Shown here: piece by piece, positions 35,442 to 49,246 of the stretch | Layout: each line of letters starts with the position of its first letter | Position numbering within the stretch: position 1 is the first letter of the stretch | Source: Massalongia carnosa | Lineage: Eukaryota | Length of the DNA stretch: 64,000 nt | NCBI GenBank assembly: GCA_965645245.1 | Contig: OZ287068.1 | Location: forward strand, 1,426,001-1,490,000 | Reading direction: 5' to 3' | The notes under the pieces: model-generated | The model's input: the letters and a program-made list of their open reading frames with translations, nothing else | What the model was told of the DNA's origin: nothing | The model's database searches: none | Program-made: the position numbers and the translations under genes

Positions 35442-37006
35442 TTACGCCCTCCTAGATTCCAGCAGTTTCCCTGCCTCTCGCTCCAACTCTTCCCGCCTGC
35501 GAACAGCTTCCTCCCCCGCTGCTTTCTCGCCCTTGACTCGTTGCCTCTCCTCGTACATCTCCCGGCTCTTCAAAATACGCTGCACGATCTCCCCGGCGTT
35601 GACGTTCTGGAAATCATGCCTGCTGACCTCGTGGTAGATCTTCAGTTCCTTGGCCCCGGTGTAGGGATCGTAGGTCAGGGGGATGAAAGAAGTCGGTCCG
35701 TGATACACACCGTGCGGTGTGCCGAAGGGGAGGTTAGTCAGGTATGCCCTTGTCGGGGTGAAGGGGGCGGAGAAGATGATGGAGTTGATATACTGGTTCG
35801 TTAGTCTTTGGCTGTATATGGGTGCTAAACTGGACGGGAGAACGAGAGCGGAAGGGTAGGTCTTGCGCTTACGCGGCATTGAAGTACGCAGAGACCGCGC
35901 TCGTATATGTTCATGATAGGGTAGTTGACACCTTTCCAATGGTTGATAACTTCGTCATCATGAACACCTGCCACGATGTACGCCGGCCCATAATCTTCTC
36001 CTGTATCGGCGATCCGCTGTTTGGCGGCAACGCTGTCAAACCATCCGGAACTGCGACCATTTGCTTCTTCGGATAGAGCCACCTGGCGCAGAAATTCAAT
36101 ATGGCCCGAGGAGAACAGATCAAACCCGCCATCTACGTAAACCACTCGTTGACCTGGCTTAGGCAGTTTACCTTGGACCATGGTACTAAACTCGCCTGCT
36201 TCTTCGGCCTTGTGGCCTTCCATAGCTGCCATCGAGGCGTTCCAACTCATCACAACAGGCCCAGGCTGTAAACCCGACTCATCTGTAGCATAGTCCTTGA
36301 TTCGCTGTCTCATCTCCTCTCCCACTCTCTTCCACTCTTCCACACTGCCTGATCCCTCGTCACCAGCCAGTACGCGAGTCAGAGATTTTATGAAGTGCGT
36401 TTTTGTACAGAGGAGCATCCGGCCCACCAAGTCTGTGGTTGATATTCCCGGTGTTCGCTTGACCACCAGAAATCTCCCGGCTGCTTTAACATATCTGTAG
36501 CAATCCTCGCCTCCACTGTCTGATGTAATGTCGTCACCATGCACTACATAGTAGCAACCGTAGTGAGAGATCCACGGGAGCGAAGTGACATATGGTGCGT
36601 GAGGAATTGAGAGAGTGGACCACCGGCAGGCATCAACGGCAGAAACTCTGCCGCTGGGCATTAGCTACCTCCAAGCATCTGGTACTGGGAGACAACCGTT
36701 CTTTCAAAGTCATAACCGTAGGTCCTTTGTTCTCCATGATCTCCTCGTCCGAATGGATTCCTACCAGCAGATATTTCCCCAGTCGACGTGCCTGGAGCAT
36801 TGCACCAGCATGTCCTGAGCAGAAGTTTCAGCTGCCATGGGTGGGAAAATCAAGGTAACGTTGTGGCCCTAAAGCATACCATGATGGCTAAAATCGAAGC
36901 ATCCATCGATCCATATCCGCTCCTTGGCAACGTTAACATCGGTTTGAGGATCTACAGGCCACTGGCCATGCAGAGGAGTAGTTGAGTTAGACTTGTCATC
37001 ATCCAT
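35442..37006 (-). CDS. ECT1: ethanolamine-phosphate cytidylyltransferase, multi-exon
   Basis: two CT domains: WIDGCFDFSHHGH and YVDGGFDLFSSGH; KRTPGISTTDLVGRML; NYPIMNIYER. Confidence 0.95.
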
Positions 37007-37644
37007 TGTCCTTGTATTTTGCGGAAAAAATTCAGATGTGTTGGGGGTGTTCAACAATGTTGATGGTGTTTAGGACATGGAGAAGTGTGTCGGTTTAGGT
37101 CACTGAACTGCTAGTTGCCTTGTGGGAAATCTGGTAGTCTCGTTCGTGAGTTGATTGATTTTCCTTGCGGAGCAGATGAGAAACATCCCATAGAGACTTT
37201 TAAGATAGGTGTAACTAGTACATAGTTGTTTTGAGCAAATCAAAAAAGAATTCCTAAGTGCAAGGGTTTTGCTGCACGGTGATGAAGGTCAACGCTAGTT
37301 TGAATGCTCAGTGAATCAACGAGAGCCTTTCCAACACACACGCGGTTGACGGCGCCATCATAATTCCCTCGTTGATATCTCCTTATCTAGGTATCTACAT
37401 AGCTTGTCTACTTGTTATTTCTATACCTCCGCCTAACCGCTCCGTTATCGATACCATCGCAACCCCTTATCCACCCTTTTCCCTTTCCCTTCTGCCCCTT
37501 AGTTACCCCTGGATTAGCCAGAACGAGCCCCTGAGCCCCTCCCCCTCACTTCCGCTTTCTGTCTACGACTTTCCGGCCCCCCCTGACATGCACTAGAAGA
37601 TAGTTTCCGCGAGAGAACCCGATCGAAGTCATCCCACGCAAAAT

Positions 37645-39197
37645 ATGGCTGTATCGTCTCGCTCTGTGTCCAACCCTACTAACTTTAGCCCTAATACAGG
37701 TACCATTAATCATGCCAATGCCACCGCAACTCCAAATGCAAATATCAATGTTAATGCTAATGCCGCCAACCCCAGATATTCCACCGCCTTTTCCTCGCTC
37801 AGATCTTCGGCCAGGCGCATTACAAATAGCTTGTCGCCCGTCAAGCACATCGATCCACATGTCTCATTGGAAAAGGACTTCTCCCCTAGGTTCAGCACCG
37901 ATCGTTCATCCTCGTCCTCAAGGTCATCGCAACAAACTGCCTTAAGGCCTAGGGCTGCTTCCTCCAGTACAGCCTCGCTGTCCCATTTCTCCGACCAGAA
38001 GATAACGCCGCAGAACCCGATCAGACATCAGACCTCCGCTTCAGCGACCTTTCCTACCCGATCTCCTCAGCGGGGCCTGCGGAGGGTTGACGGTATCTTG
38101 CCTTTGATATCGCGAGCTAGCACAGCGTCTTCGATCCTGCATCCGAGCGCTCATCAGTCTTCTGGCTCTGTGGTAATGACTGCAGCCTCTCAGCCCAACT
38201 TAGGATTTGGGCCGGGGGCCGCCGTTGCGCCGTTGCCTGGCTCAGGGCTCTCAACTGGCTATGTACCGGCACCACCCGGCAGTCTGCAAAATCCAAACGT
38301 TGTCTATCAACATATACATGATACGGCGTCAAAACGTATTTCTACTCTGGATTACCTGAGGAAAGCGTAAGTTGGTCTGCAGTGACTCTAGAGTCATCCG
38401 CTTCCTCTACATAGCCCCCCGAACTCGGCTAACACCATGATAGAAATCAAGGACGTGTGTATTGGTTCAATACTCTACTCTTCAACAAGTCTGATCTGTC
38501 GAAAATGCCATATTTCGATGCGAGAAAGCTGGCACGTCGAGCAACGAACTACCTATTGCTTGGCCTCTCATTACCTACCGTCCTTGATCTGAACGCGTCG
38601 AATGCTCTGGAGTATCTTCGTGCGCTTAATGCCCTCCTTCTTGAATTCGAGTCATATCAACAAATCCATCCGTCGGAAGGATCGTCTTCGTCATCATTGT
38701 CACGGGCCCGAATACCGCAGATGTTCAAGCGAGCCACACATGCCGCTGGCACCAAAGGACGTAGGACTAGCTCCGCTACAGATATTGGTCTTCCAATGCA
38801 CACGAGCGACCCTACCGATTTGAAGTCGATGACAAACGGCGGGGCGAGCGCAGGATCATCGACGGGATCATCGTTCCCTATGAACGAACAGGAACTACTA
38901 CCGGGTGAGGAGTATACCCATCTACTTACGCCTTCGCTTCCATTTGACCCAGATTTCTTTGCGACATTCGCTACGCTATGTGAAGTCTTGATCGACTGCT
39001 ATACACGAATCATGAGCCTGGTGCCCTCGCCTGCGATGTGTGTTCCTGGTGTGGGGGATATTTTTGTCAAAGCCGATGGCAGGCTTCGGAAAGTTATCGT
39101 TACAGGCATCGTTAGGGAATTTGAAGAGGCCAGCAGGAGCGGGGCCAAGGGCGAACTAGCTGGTGTAAGCAAGGTTGTTTTGGGAGGCTTGGTATAG
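37645..39197 (+). CDS. hypothetical fungal protein, 2 exons
   Basis: Ser/Asn-rich N-terminus, then ASKRISTLDYLRKA|NQGRVYWFNT, YTHLLTPSLPFDPDF across intron ~38367-38443. Confidence 0.75.
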
Positions 39198-40217
39198 AGA
39201 CGATCTCGAGATAGCAAATGATCGTCTTAATCTTTCCAGTCAATGTCAAGTTTAGCTTGGGTAAGCTTTTCTCATCGGTTCCGAACGAGAAGGTCTGCAA
39301 CAGCTTTTGTTTTGGCATATCATATAGGGTCGACAAAACACTTGACCTGGGAAATCGCTGCCCAGGATCAGACGCCGCCCTGAAACCGCAACAAGCTGGA
39401 CTCAAAATTCTATCCGTACCACGAAACGGGAGGCCTTCTTGGGGTTCGGTATCTTACTCGCATACCGGCGGCGATACACGTATCCAAAAGATTTTTTTCC
39501 AGCCTGGTCTGATAGGTGCAGGCTAGCATGTTAGAGTTGCCTCCAAGCATCTAGAAGGAACCCACAAGTCGGACCTGTACTATTATCAAGTCGCCAAGCG
39601 TTGGCTGTGAGAGTACGGTTGTCCAGTTGCGCTCGAGCTGGTTGTTCATGAAGGAAATCCATAAGCCTGGTCAGGAGCACCGCACGGTCCGCGATCTCAA
39701 GGCTTCTGATAGCTACCTCAACAATCTCAAATTTCAGTAGGAAGCCTCGCCGCGTATTCTATTTGCATTTCAACGGAGCGTGCGAAATCGACACCAAACA
39801 TTAGATACAGGGGACACCATAGAAATTTATGTCATTTAGATTGGAATAACAGAAATGTTATAAGCAAGCTATGAGGAGAGCTTGTCATCTTGCAACTTCC
39901 TCTCCTCTTGTCCATAGTCTGTCTATACATAAGCCTGTGAAATCTATGCTGCTAGTTGCCGTATCGTCTCTTACAAGTGGCATGCAGAACGTTGCGTGAA
40001 TGTAACAATAACGTACAACAAAAAACTCCCTGGATGAGCTTGAAAGTTTCCCAACTTCCTCAAAACGCCAAAGCTAAAGCCACCCTGTACCCCAGGGTAT
40101 TCCCATTTCCCAGCACGCCCCCTTCGCTCATGCAGAGACTGAAACAAGCGTACGCAAAGTGGAACAATCCTCCCAAACGCAAGAGTTCTAAGGTGCCGAT
40201 AATGAATTCCGCTTTAA

Positions 40218-40859
40218 TCAAGCCATCTGTGCTCTGCTCTGTTTTTCTCTCTCCTCACCAAACACTCTCCTACTCATCTCCAAGACGGCTTCAAACCCTT
40301 CTCTCCCTCTCTGGGCGTTCTGTCCAAAGCGCTCCACGCTCGCTTCTTCGATCTTTGTCTTAACCTTTTTGATCCCGCCGCACAGCGCGGTGATTTCGGC
40401 GTATTGGCTGAACTCTGTTCTCTCATGCCCAGGAGTAGAAGCTTTCCCATCAGGCTTGTAAACCACTGTTTCCCTCACATTCAGGATGTTGCTCCACGTT
40501 AGGTTCGATGAGCACATCGTAACTGTTTTGGCTGTAGGAGATACGTAGGAAGTTTCGTAGACGTGAGAGGTGGTGGAACCGCCGAGAATAGCGAGGACCC
40601 ATGCGGGTGCTGTTTGCGTGCAGGTTATTAAACGCTCGGTTCGAAGCTAGGATGAGTAAGCTGGGACGCTGATATGTGGAAGGGAACAGGAAGAGGAAAA
40701 ACTTACGATACCAGTTGATGGGTCCACAACGCGAGAAAGTGTATCTACTGCGACGACGTGACTGGAGGATTTATTCCATGGGCAGTATTTCCTCCAGTTG
40801 GCAGTGGAGACTTCTTCCCATGAATAATCGAATGTGCAGTCATATGAATAGACCCTCAT
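40218..40859 (-). CDS. UPS2: PRELI/MSF1-family mitochondrial lipid-transfer protein (Ups2-like), 2 exons
   Basis: FDYSWEEVSTANWRKYCPWN..SHVVAVDTL; LRTERLITC; MCSSNLTW; ERFGQNAQRGREGFE. Confidence 0.88.
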
Positions 40860-41763
40860 TGTTTGCACAATGAGATGAAGAAATTGAGTATAGGTAATAT
40901 TTGAACAGCAGTAGCTGCTTGGAGTTTGTTGTAGAACAGGTTTTATTTTGTGGTCGCTAGACCAATTGTTTTTTGGCGAAAAAAAAACCCGGCAATCCAA
41001 TGGCGAATCGGAATTACTCGGAGGCTAATACAAAACGGTAAGAGACCTTAAGGGGCGTGGCTTGGTTAAGCTTTTCGAAATGACGTCAAATATCCTCAGC
41101 TGCTGATGTTCATAAAGTTGTTTCTCTTCATTTCTTGAGCAGCAGACCAAGCTAGTCAATAGCTACATTGTCGTTAGTGGTACTCCGTACTGTTGGCACA
41201 AGACACCGAAAAGGGATGCATGCGAAGTGGTCACAGTCTTCACAACATACAGAGTACATGAATGTGAGAACTAGGAAGCTCGATCAATCTCCGACCCACC
41301 ACGAATCTAGATACCTTGCATGACCGCTATATCTAATCCACCCATCTTACGAAGGATAGCTTTTAAAAGTTACCAATACGGTCTTGTCACACAAACCGCT
41401 AGCTTGATCAACGATTGTTGCTTGCCAGTAAATTCCTGCAACATAGCATGAGACGAAATGAAAAAGTATCCCCGCGCCTCCTCATCTTGCAAGAGCGCAA
41501 AAATTGTCGGTTAACTCAGCAACATATTCGAGACAAGACAGTTCTGGGTAATCGATAGCGGCACGCTGCAGCCTCGGACTAGGTACTCTACAAGCTTTAA
41601 GAGGCTTGATCTACGCTGGGGCTTCGTAGAACACGTCAATATTCCCCTCATCCAACATAAATACCAAGCGGTATTGCCAAATTTTTTGTATTCATTCTTC
41701 TCTATCAGCAATTTCTTAAAAACTGCCGATTGCCTCAAATCTCGAGGCCTCAAGAATATAAAA

Positions 41764-42731
41764 ATGGTCGAATTACGCAAGCGTAAAGCTCCAATCATAG
41801 AACCAACAGAGCCGCCTCCGCTTAAGAAGAGCGGTCTAGCAACGTCCAAATCGAAAGCTTCAACCCCTGAAAACAAGCCACCTGCTGTTCTTGGCCCAAC
41901 TCGTGGTGCCAAAATTGCTATTGGTAACAGTGTAGATCTGAACGGTTTCGGCGGAGAAATAGAAACGAATGATGGGGAGAAGACAACACTCAAAAAGCTC
42001 ATCGATGACAGTAGATTTGGGGTGGTGCTGTTTACATACCCAAAAGCATCCACTCCTGGATGTAAGTCTTGAGAAACCTCGCCACCTACTCAAATTAGCA
42101 GCTCATCATTTAACTATGCATATATACTTCCCGTTATTTTAGAATAGACAGCTGAACCTTTTTAGGTACTACTCAGGCTTGTTTGTTCAGAGATGATTTC
42201 ACGTCTTTGACGGCAACAGGGTATTCTATGTTTGGATTGTCGGGCGACTCGCCCAAATCGAATACTATCTTCAAGACTAAGCAAAATCTGCCATATAAAT
42301 TGCTTTGTGATCCTTCCGCAACGCTTATCTCGGCCATCGGTATGAAGAAAGCTCCTAAGGGCACTACTCGCGGTGTAGTTGTCATAAACAAGGAAGCCAA
42401 ATTTGAAGTAATTTTTCGTGGTGTAAGGACTTTTTTGAACTTTGGCTAGTATTAACTATTGCCGCTCGCTGACCTAGATGTCTAGGGTCCTGCGGCTACC
42501 GTAGATGAAGTGCGCAAGTTTATCGGTGGTTCAAGCACCACTGAAGCCGACGAAAATCTGGGAGATTTAGCGGAAGGGCAGAAGGGGGGAAATGGAATGG
42601 ACGATGCCGGGCAAAACGAGAGCAAGCATGAGGATGCAGGAGAGTCTGCTGCGGCCAATGGAGACAAGGCAAAGGCTGAAGTTGCTGCAGAGGTTGCAGA
42701 TTCGGCTCAAACGCTGGATCAAGACGTGTAG
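41764..42731 (+). CDS. DOT5: BCP/PrxQ-type peroxiredoxin with basic N-terminal extension, 3 exons
   Basis: MVELRKRK; VLFTYPKASTPGC|TTQACLFRD (CxxxxC); FGLSGDSPKSN. Confidence 0.9.
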
Positions 42732-43245
42732 ATGGTCAAAATTCTCATTTAGTTGACGTTCATCACTAGGTCTCTCTAGAATTCGGCAAAATCAGATCTC
42801 CTTCATTAAGCATATCCAGCATCCTTCTTCCTTAGTCGAAATATATGCCGTTTTGAAAGGATTACATTGTTCTAAGGTATCGACCATAGCGAGTCGTGTT
42901 TTATCCTGAAGTAATCAATTTGGAAAAGGATATTTCATAATGTTCTGCCACAATAGTGAAACCCCCGACTTAAGTTTTGACATTATTTTTACAAAATATA
43001 ACCATTGTAAAAGAGGTTTTAGTTAGAATCTGTACACTTTACTCGTATAATAAAAGTAGACTAACGCTTAAGTTGTGAAGGAACTTGTATTACGTTATCC
43101 TAAATTACCTACCTATTATTACCTCATTCAAACTCTACTTTTATTCCTGGCAGATTGCTACACTGTCATCCCTAAACTCGTATGCATAATCGGCCTTGAG
43201 GAGAGTATCTTAATTCAGTATTTGGACGCACTTCTCGTTGCGCAG

Positions 43246-43954
43246 ATGAGTACCAATGCCAAAGCAGGAGCTGCGCGACAGCTTGCATCTACAAGAGTTG
43301 CCACAGCTGTATGGAAGGTCAAAGTCCAGGCAAATATCCCATCACAGATCAACACTGATAGCAAGTAGAAGCATACAGTTCAGTCGACAGGTGTTTGGGA
43401 GCGTATTCGGAAGGCGCTTGCTGTTGACCCCAATCGATCTACAGGCGTACCTCTAAATCCTCAATTTCGAAATCCGCCTCCGGGCTCCAATCCACCAGAA
43501 GCTTATGACGATCCGGTCACAATCCCAGCGGGAGATATTGCAGATAATGCATACTACAAGCGAGATATGCGCCGCAATTATCCACGTCTGAGTGTGGTGA
43601 AGCAAGCCGATATTGTAGGATTGCTGTCGGTAGGGAGTATGGCCAGTCCGAGAGGAGACGTTCTGCAGATAGGAGATGCAGGTGCAAAGCAACTGGTACA
43701 GGTAAAGGAAGAGGGAGAGCAGAAAGGCCTCGCCGCATATTTCGAGAAAAACAAGGAAAGTAAAGCCAGTATCTTCGGGAAGGATGGACTACCGCCTTTT
43801 CCAAGCGGAATGAGCAGAGTGTCCCCTCGAGGTGGAAAGGATTATTTTATGGACGTTGATAGAGCGGAAGGCTATCCAGAAGAGTATGTAACCAAGATCT
43901 GAAACTGGCTACTTGCTGACGAGCTATAGGTATCCATGCCGTACATTTGTTTAA
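43246..43954 (+). CDS. NADH:ubiquinone oxidoreductase 21.3 kDa accessory subunit (NUZM-like), 3 exons
   Basis: TVQSTGVWERIR..LAVDPNRSTGVPLNPQFRNPPPG; PAGDIADNAYYKRDMRRNYPRLSVV; YPCRTFV*. Confidence 0.88.
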
Positions 43955-44384
43955 AAAAGGATGTCTGGGGAGGGTTCTTGCCTTGATTTTCCAGTGGTAG
44001 TGCTACTTACCACTTACATGTATATAGTTCTAAACAACCCTACAAGCAACCTAAATGTCTATTTTCTTCATTTGTCCTTAAAAACATTCATATTCTCATA
44101 TTGGCTAATTGCATTTAGTGGAACATGACCCGAGCAGAAATACACCTCAGTCTTAGGAATAAATTTCTAGGCTATTGACAGGGTCCCGGCAATACAGTCT
44201 GATATAAGGTAAATCTCATACAAACAATAGCCGGGTATGTTTGCAAAACGGATGAATGTCCTTCATGTGTGCCTTTGTATGTAACCCTAACAAGACCTTC
44301 GAAGCGACAATATTTCGAGAATTTAACCCTTTCCAGTCAGAATCATAATCAGCCAGACGCTATGGCAAAGGTCCGTATGACCCA

Positions 44385-46698
44385 ATGGCTGCCTTCAAGG
44401 CATCGAAAGTCAATTTATCACCTCTGGATATAATTATCAGTTGTGCTATTTGTCAGAAAAGTATATCTAGTATCTATGCCACTCCCGAAGGCGAGCATGG
44501 CTTGCGGCAAGGGGAAAGATCTCGGAGTGGGAAAGTCACAAAGCTGTGGCTAACTGAGTGCGCCCATCTCACCTGCACCAAGCACTTTGCCGGAGGTGGT
44601 AAGCAGATTGTGCCCCTACTTTTGTTACAATGATTTGGTCAGCTAATAACAAGGTTCAGGTGTGCCATTCCACCCTGCCGATCAGCTACCTCAAGCACCA
44701 TGCCCGTTGTGCACTTTAGAGAAAGGCGACAATGCGAACAAGACCCTTTTTCCGGTAAATGGCGTTTCCGAGGGGGAGTATGATAGCAATATCCCCCAAG
44801 CCTATTTTCAAACGCCGCCCGTGAGACTTGGTGGGAGTGATCCTGATCTGGAGGCATTGAGAGTAGGTGCACCTTGATGCTTTCAAGCTGACCCAAAACT
44901 CATAACTTCTCAGTTTCAGTATCTCTCGCTCTTGCGGTTTGGCTTAATGAAACACAAAAAGGTTGTCCATCTGGAAGAGGCGCTGAGTGTATGGGAAAGC
45001 CGTAAGCCATTGTTTCTTTACTGTATGGATGGGTTTTATCCACTCCGAGAGTGAGTACCAGAAATTTCTTCCGCGCCCCTTGCGAATCTAATCAGCTATC
45101 CCAGAGAGCTCAAAGCAGCCAAAAAGCAACTGTTTGGACTAGGACAAGATATCTCATCAATTGATGCTGTGTTAAACCGTACTGGCAATGTTCCAGAAGA
45201 GAATGGGGATGTAAAATCGGGCACTGGTGTGATTTTGCAAGAAATGGCGACTTCTAATTCCGTCAAGATCTCAGGTAGATCCCGGCTTGCCCAATTCAGT
45301 GCGGCTGATTTAGGAGAAATAAGAAACAAATCTCATGTTCTTCAAGATTCTACCCCTGGGCCAGAGACTGTTCTACTTCCAAGAGCAAGATCAGGAGATG
45401 ATTCAATAGGAAAAAGAAGAAGGGTCGAACCCAAACGTGATAGCATAGCAGAGCAGATATTAGCATCTACGCGCAATAAGTCTTCTCCAATATGCAGTAG
45501 AGATGCAATGCCACCCCCACCCCTTCCTATACGAAGACCAACAACTTCTAGGGCAGCATCAAATGGTTTTTATGGACAAGAAATACAGGGCAAAGCCAGA
45601 CCATCAGACGCTGGGCTCAGAAACGGTACCAGTAAAAGCCCAAAGTCCCCCGGCCTTCATCTAAATGGATCAGAGTATTTTCCCGTGCAGAACAGGGATC
45701 TTAGAAGGGATATTACCTCTGCGCAGGCTCCGATCCCAGAGTTCCTTCCTACATTGAATGCAGATACTAGGACGTTTACATGTGATTCCAATTCCAATTC
45801 TCCGAATTCGTATCTTTCAGGCCAAACTCCAACTATGTCTGGTGTTAATGCTCACATCTCCCCATCACGCATTCGTCACGGTAATTTCTTCACTCCCGTA
45901 CAGAGGGCACCTTTCTCTGCTCATGTTGTTGCCGACCAGAGCACCCCAAGCCCGCAAAAAATGTGCCTTGGGCCGGAACAGAAAGACCACGCCGCTCCTT
46001 TTAGCTCCCTCCACAATTACGCTACATCCTATCGAATCTCCGGACCTGAGCTATATGGAACGATAAACCAACCTGATCAAACGCGCCGAGGCAAGTATAC
46101 TGATCCTTATATACAGCAGTCAATACACTCCCTGGGGCCCGCAGAAGCACACCCAGAAACCAACGTCTCGTTGGACGCCATTGCCGGGCCCAATAACATG
46201 TTTAGCTCTCATAGAAAGATGAAAGCAAATTTACTCGACTATCATAGCACCAATAACCGCTCACAATACCATGGCTCGAATCAGCAACCAGTTCACTACG
46301 GCATAGAAACTGCTAACGGAACTTACTTTGGGGCTAAAGTTCCCGCAGGGCCCACTACTGGTCCTCTTGTTAACGATGGGGAATTTGATCGGTTTATTCC
46401 ACAAAGGTCAAATCCCATTCATAAACCTTCCCCTCGAAACCGCATCAGCCTCCCACCGCCACATCCACACCTTGTAGGCACTCCACGTTCACGCTTAGGC
46501 ATGTCGGCCAATATACGTAGCAGCAGCAACAGCCGGATGCCACTGACCCCCAGTCATTCACGACCTCATCGTGAACCGTTAAGAAACATGGCTATTAACA
46601 CCCCGTTTGCTGCGAGCCCGTATTTCAGTCATCGGGTTCTACCACGCTCCGGACTAGGCCCTGCTTCACGCAATATGCTTGCGCAACATAATATGTAG
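44385..46698 (+). CDS. N-terminal RING-finger protein with short coiled coil and long disordered tail (possible Zip3/RNF212-like E3), multi-exon
   Basis: CAIC...LWLTECAHLTCTKH...CPLC; introns at ~44599-44659, ~44863-44913, ~45050-45104; 500-aa S/P-rich tail. Family assignment is by architecture only. Confidence 0.6.
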
Positions 46699-47698
46699 GT
46701 GAGGCGTTTGGGAGGATCACGGATAGTAGTTTCCAAGCAAAGCAAATGAAATAATCGACTTCTATTCCCGTCTAGATACCCGAAATTTCGAATAAACCGC
46801 TGAGGTAGTTAATGGAGCCATGCAGACTTCTGCGCGTCGAGCTCAGCGTCGGACGCCAGATTTTCGCCAGATTTTCGCACCAGCTCTTGGTTGCAATATT
46901 TACCATGATTCAAAGCGCAAGACCCGGGGTTTAGGACTACCACGTAACCGCTAATCGTGGAAATCCCAATGAGGTTGTCGAACATACCTATGCCAAAGAA
47001 GGATCCGCGAACTGAGATGCTACTTTTCAAAAATTCGCCATACATCATCAAACTGAAAGTTAGCTAATTAATATCTCGGACGACTGCTCGTCGTAACCTA
47101 AACCAAAATCATGTCGGGTGAAAAATACAGCTGGATCGGTAAAGGAGGTGCTGTATGTGCCTCGGAATGTTCTCTGGATCGAATCTTATCAGCTGAGAGG
47201 ATACGGTGCAACTGGTTCTCAAAGTGGAGGTCTATCTATGTAGATTGACTTAATTTGGAAGGAGCCGTCTTCGCCCGGAGGTTGCTACTATCGGGGAGAA
47301 TCACTCGTTTCAAGGCTAGAATCATGGCTTGGAGTGTTTATGAAGTAAAAATCGACATCCGGGGAAAGGTACTAAAAGATATAAAATGAGATGGTAGATT
47401 CAGAATGAATTGGATGTTTGTTATTTCAGGTCACAGATAAACCCCTTCTGAAAAGCATGTATGGAAAATTGAAGAGTAGAGGGCACGCAAATATGCCATC
47501 ACATTTCTTCTACTGATACAACTAAGATATCGCACCCCTAACTTGAGACGCTATGTTTAAAAACAGCGAAACTGCTGCCACAATTGCTCCCGCTCAATTT
47601 CCACCATCCTCCCGTTTGCACATTCCGCTCCTTAGCATATCGAAACTCGAGAATTCTTGAACCTTCAGAGTCTAGGCGGGAAAAGATAACCAGCACGC

Positions 47699-48456
47699 TT
47701 AGTCGAACGGGTTGGTACGGGTTCCCCACCAGGTAAGGAACAAACTAAGCCCAACAGTCTCAAAAACACGCGCAAGGGCACCAACGGCAACAGTGTCGAG
47801 AGGTCGCTTTTCGGTGAAGACCTGGGAGATAAACTATAGATTTTGAAACATCAGCAAACTGGTGATGAGACAAGAACGCTGTTGTAAATTAGGTTAGAGT
47901 GATAAAATGCAAGTAGAACGTACACTCGGCGCTGAGCTGGCGAAAAATATCAAGCTTCCAAGATATGCAGCTCCCTTGTAGCTCAATGTACCGGTCGCAT
48001 TGATCAAAGCACCAACGCCGTACGATTGGATGGCGCTGCCAACAATAGATGAACCATAGGCAGCGGCGGCTCCGGCAGCTTCCTTGGATCTAAAAAACTC
48101 TTCTTTCGAATTTGCAGCCTGAGCGCGGCGGTAGGTATCACCAAAGAGCGGAGCTAGCACAGCGAGAGATGCTGTGTGATTGAAGACGGTGCCAAGGGCG
48201 ATTGCCGAAGGCTTGACAGATGGAAGATCTAATACGACGCAAACAAGTATGTTAGCAAATATGCCCTCAAACCATTGAAGAAGCGTAATAGAGATGTAGT
48301 GGCTAGGAATGGAAAGTTTGATGATATGAAGAGAGGGTGAAAATCTCCACATGTCAGGGCCGTCCATCAGGAGCACGACCTCCACGTGTACCACTGTAAA
48401 CAGAAACTGCAGATAGAAGCTGGTTTGGGGGAAAGCTTACAATTTAGACTAGCCAT
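47699..48456 (-). CDS. small conserved membrane protein (DUF1761-like), 3 exons
   Basis: MASLN|LPSVKPSAIALGTVFNH...GTLSYKGAAYLGSLIF|...LFLTWWGTRTNPFD*. Confidence 0.7.
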
Positions 48457-49246
48457 TGCGATGTATTGCTGATATGATGTGTTGTGAAGACGGTAGGAGA
48501 CTAACTTGTTGTGATGGGAATGGGAGGATGGAGAAGAAAAGAAATGGCAGGTGACGTTAGTTTTGAAGTTGCACGCTAGGACCAAATCTGGGAAAAAAGT
48601 TTCTGCCGTGCATCCTTGGCAGCCGATGACGGCATCAATTCAGCTCCAGTCACGACCGGAAATTACGGGTTGAACTGTACTGTACGGGCTACTCCATTCA
48701 TACTCGTTTCGGTACAAAGGTACCAAGTAACTACAGAAGTAAGGTATTTTATCCCCTTATCAGGGAGACACGGTAGGTTTTCAGAGTACCTAGGGTTTGA
48801 GGTACTTGGTAAAAAGCACTGCGTTTATGACCATACGTAGACGAACACACATGGCTACTCTATCCTGCTTCAGCACAAAGCAAAGCTTTAGAATATAACT
48901 CATTGACTTATCTGTGAATCAAATGTGAATCGAAACAAACACGAGGTATAACGGTAGATAACTATCGCCGAGTCATTTTTGCTCCCAAGTCATCGACTAC
49001 CCCTTTTGCATCTTAGCCCATAAAAATACATCACTAGAACAATAGGTAACCCCCCGACGAAATACGACAACCAAAATAAGCCACAAGAAACCTTCAGTCT
49101 CTACACATATTAGAAACTTAACAATTCATTTATGCTGCGTCTAAACCGGAAGAAAACATCAACGCCTATGCTATGCATAACAATATAATTTTTCGTTCCA
49201 CTGCCACTCCCGTACGCGCCTCCAAATGCCGTGTCAAATCATCAAG

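Noticed and set aside
41180..41190. GTACTCCGTAC motif (reverse form at ~57808-57819)
   Set aside because: Short motif commonly seen in intergenic DNA of filamentous ascomycetes; nothing locus-specific.
42953..43090. AT-rich patch with small hairpins and a TAGTGAAACCCCC start, possible decayed MITE
   Set aside because: Putative ends share only ~7-9 bp (ACTTAAG) and there is no clear TSD.
44282..44290. TAACCCTAA, matching a telomerase RNA template for TTAGGG repeats
   Set aside because: Sits in a ~430-bp intergenic gap and doubles as the CTAAC branch point of a leader intron; no room or structural support for a telomerase RNA.
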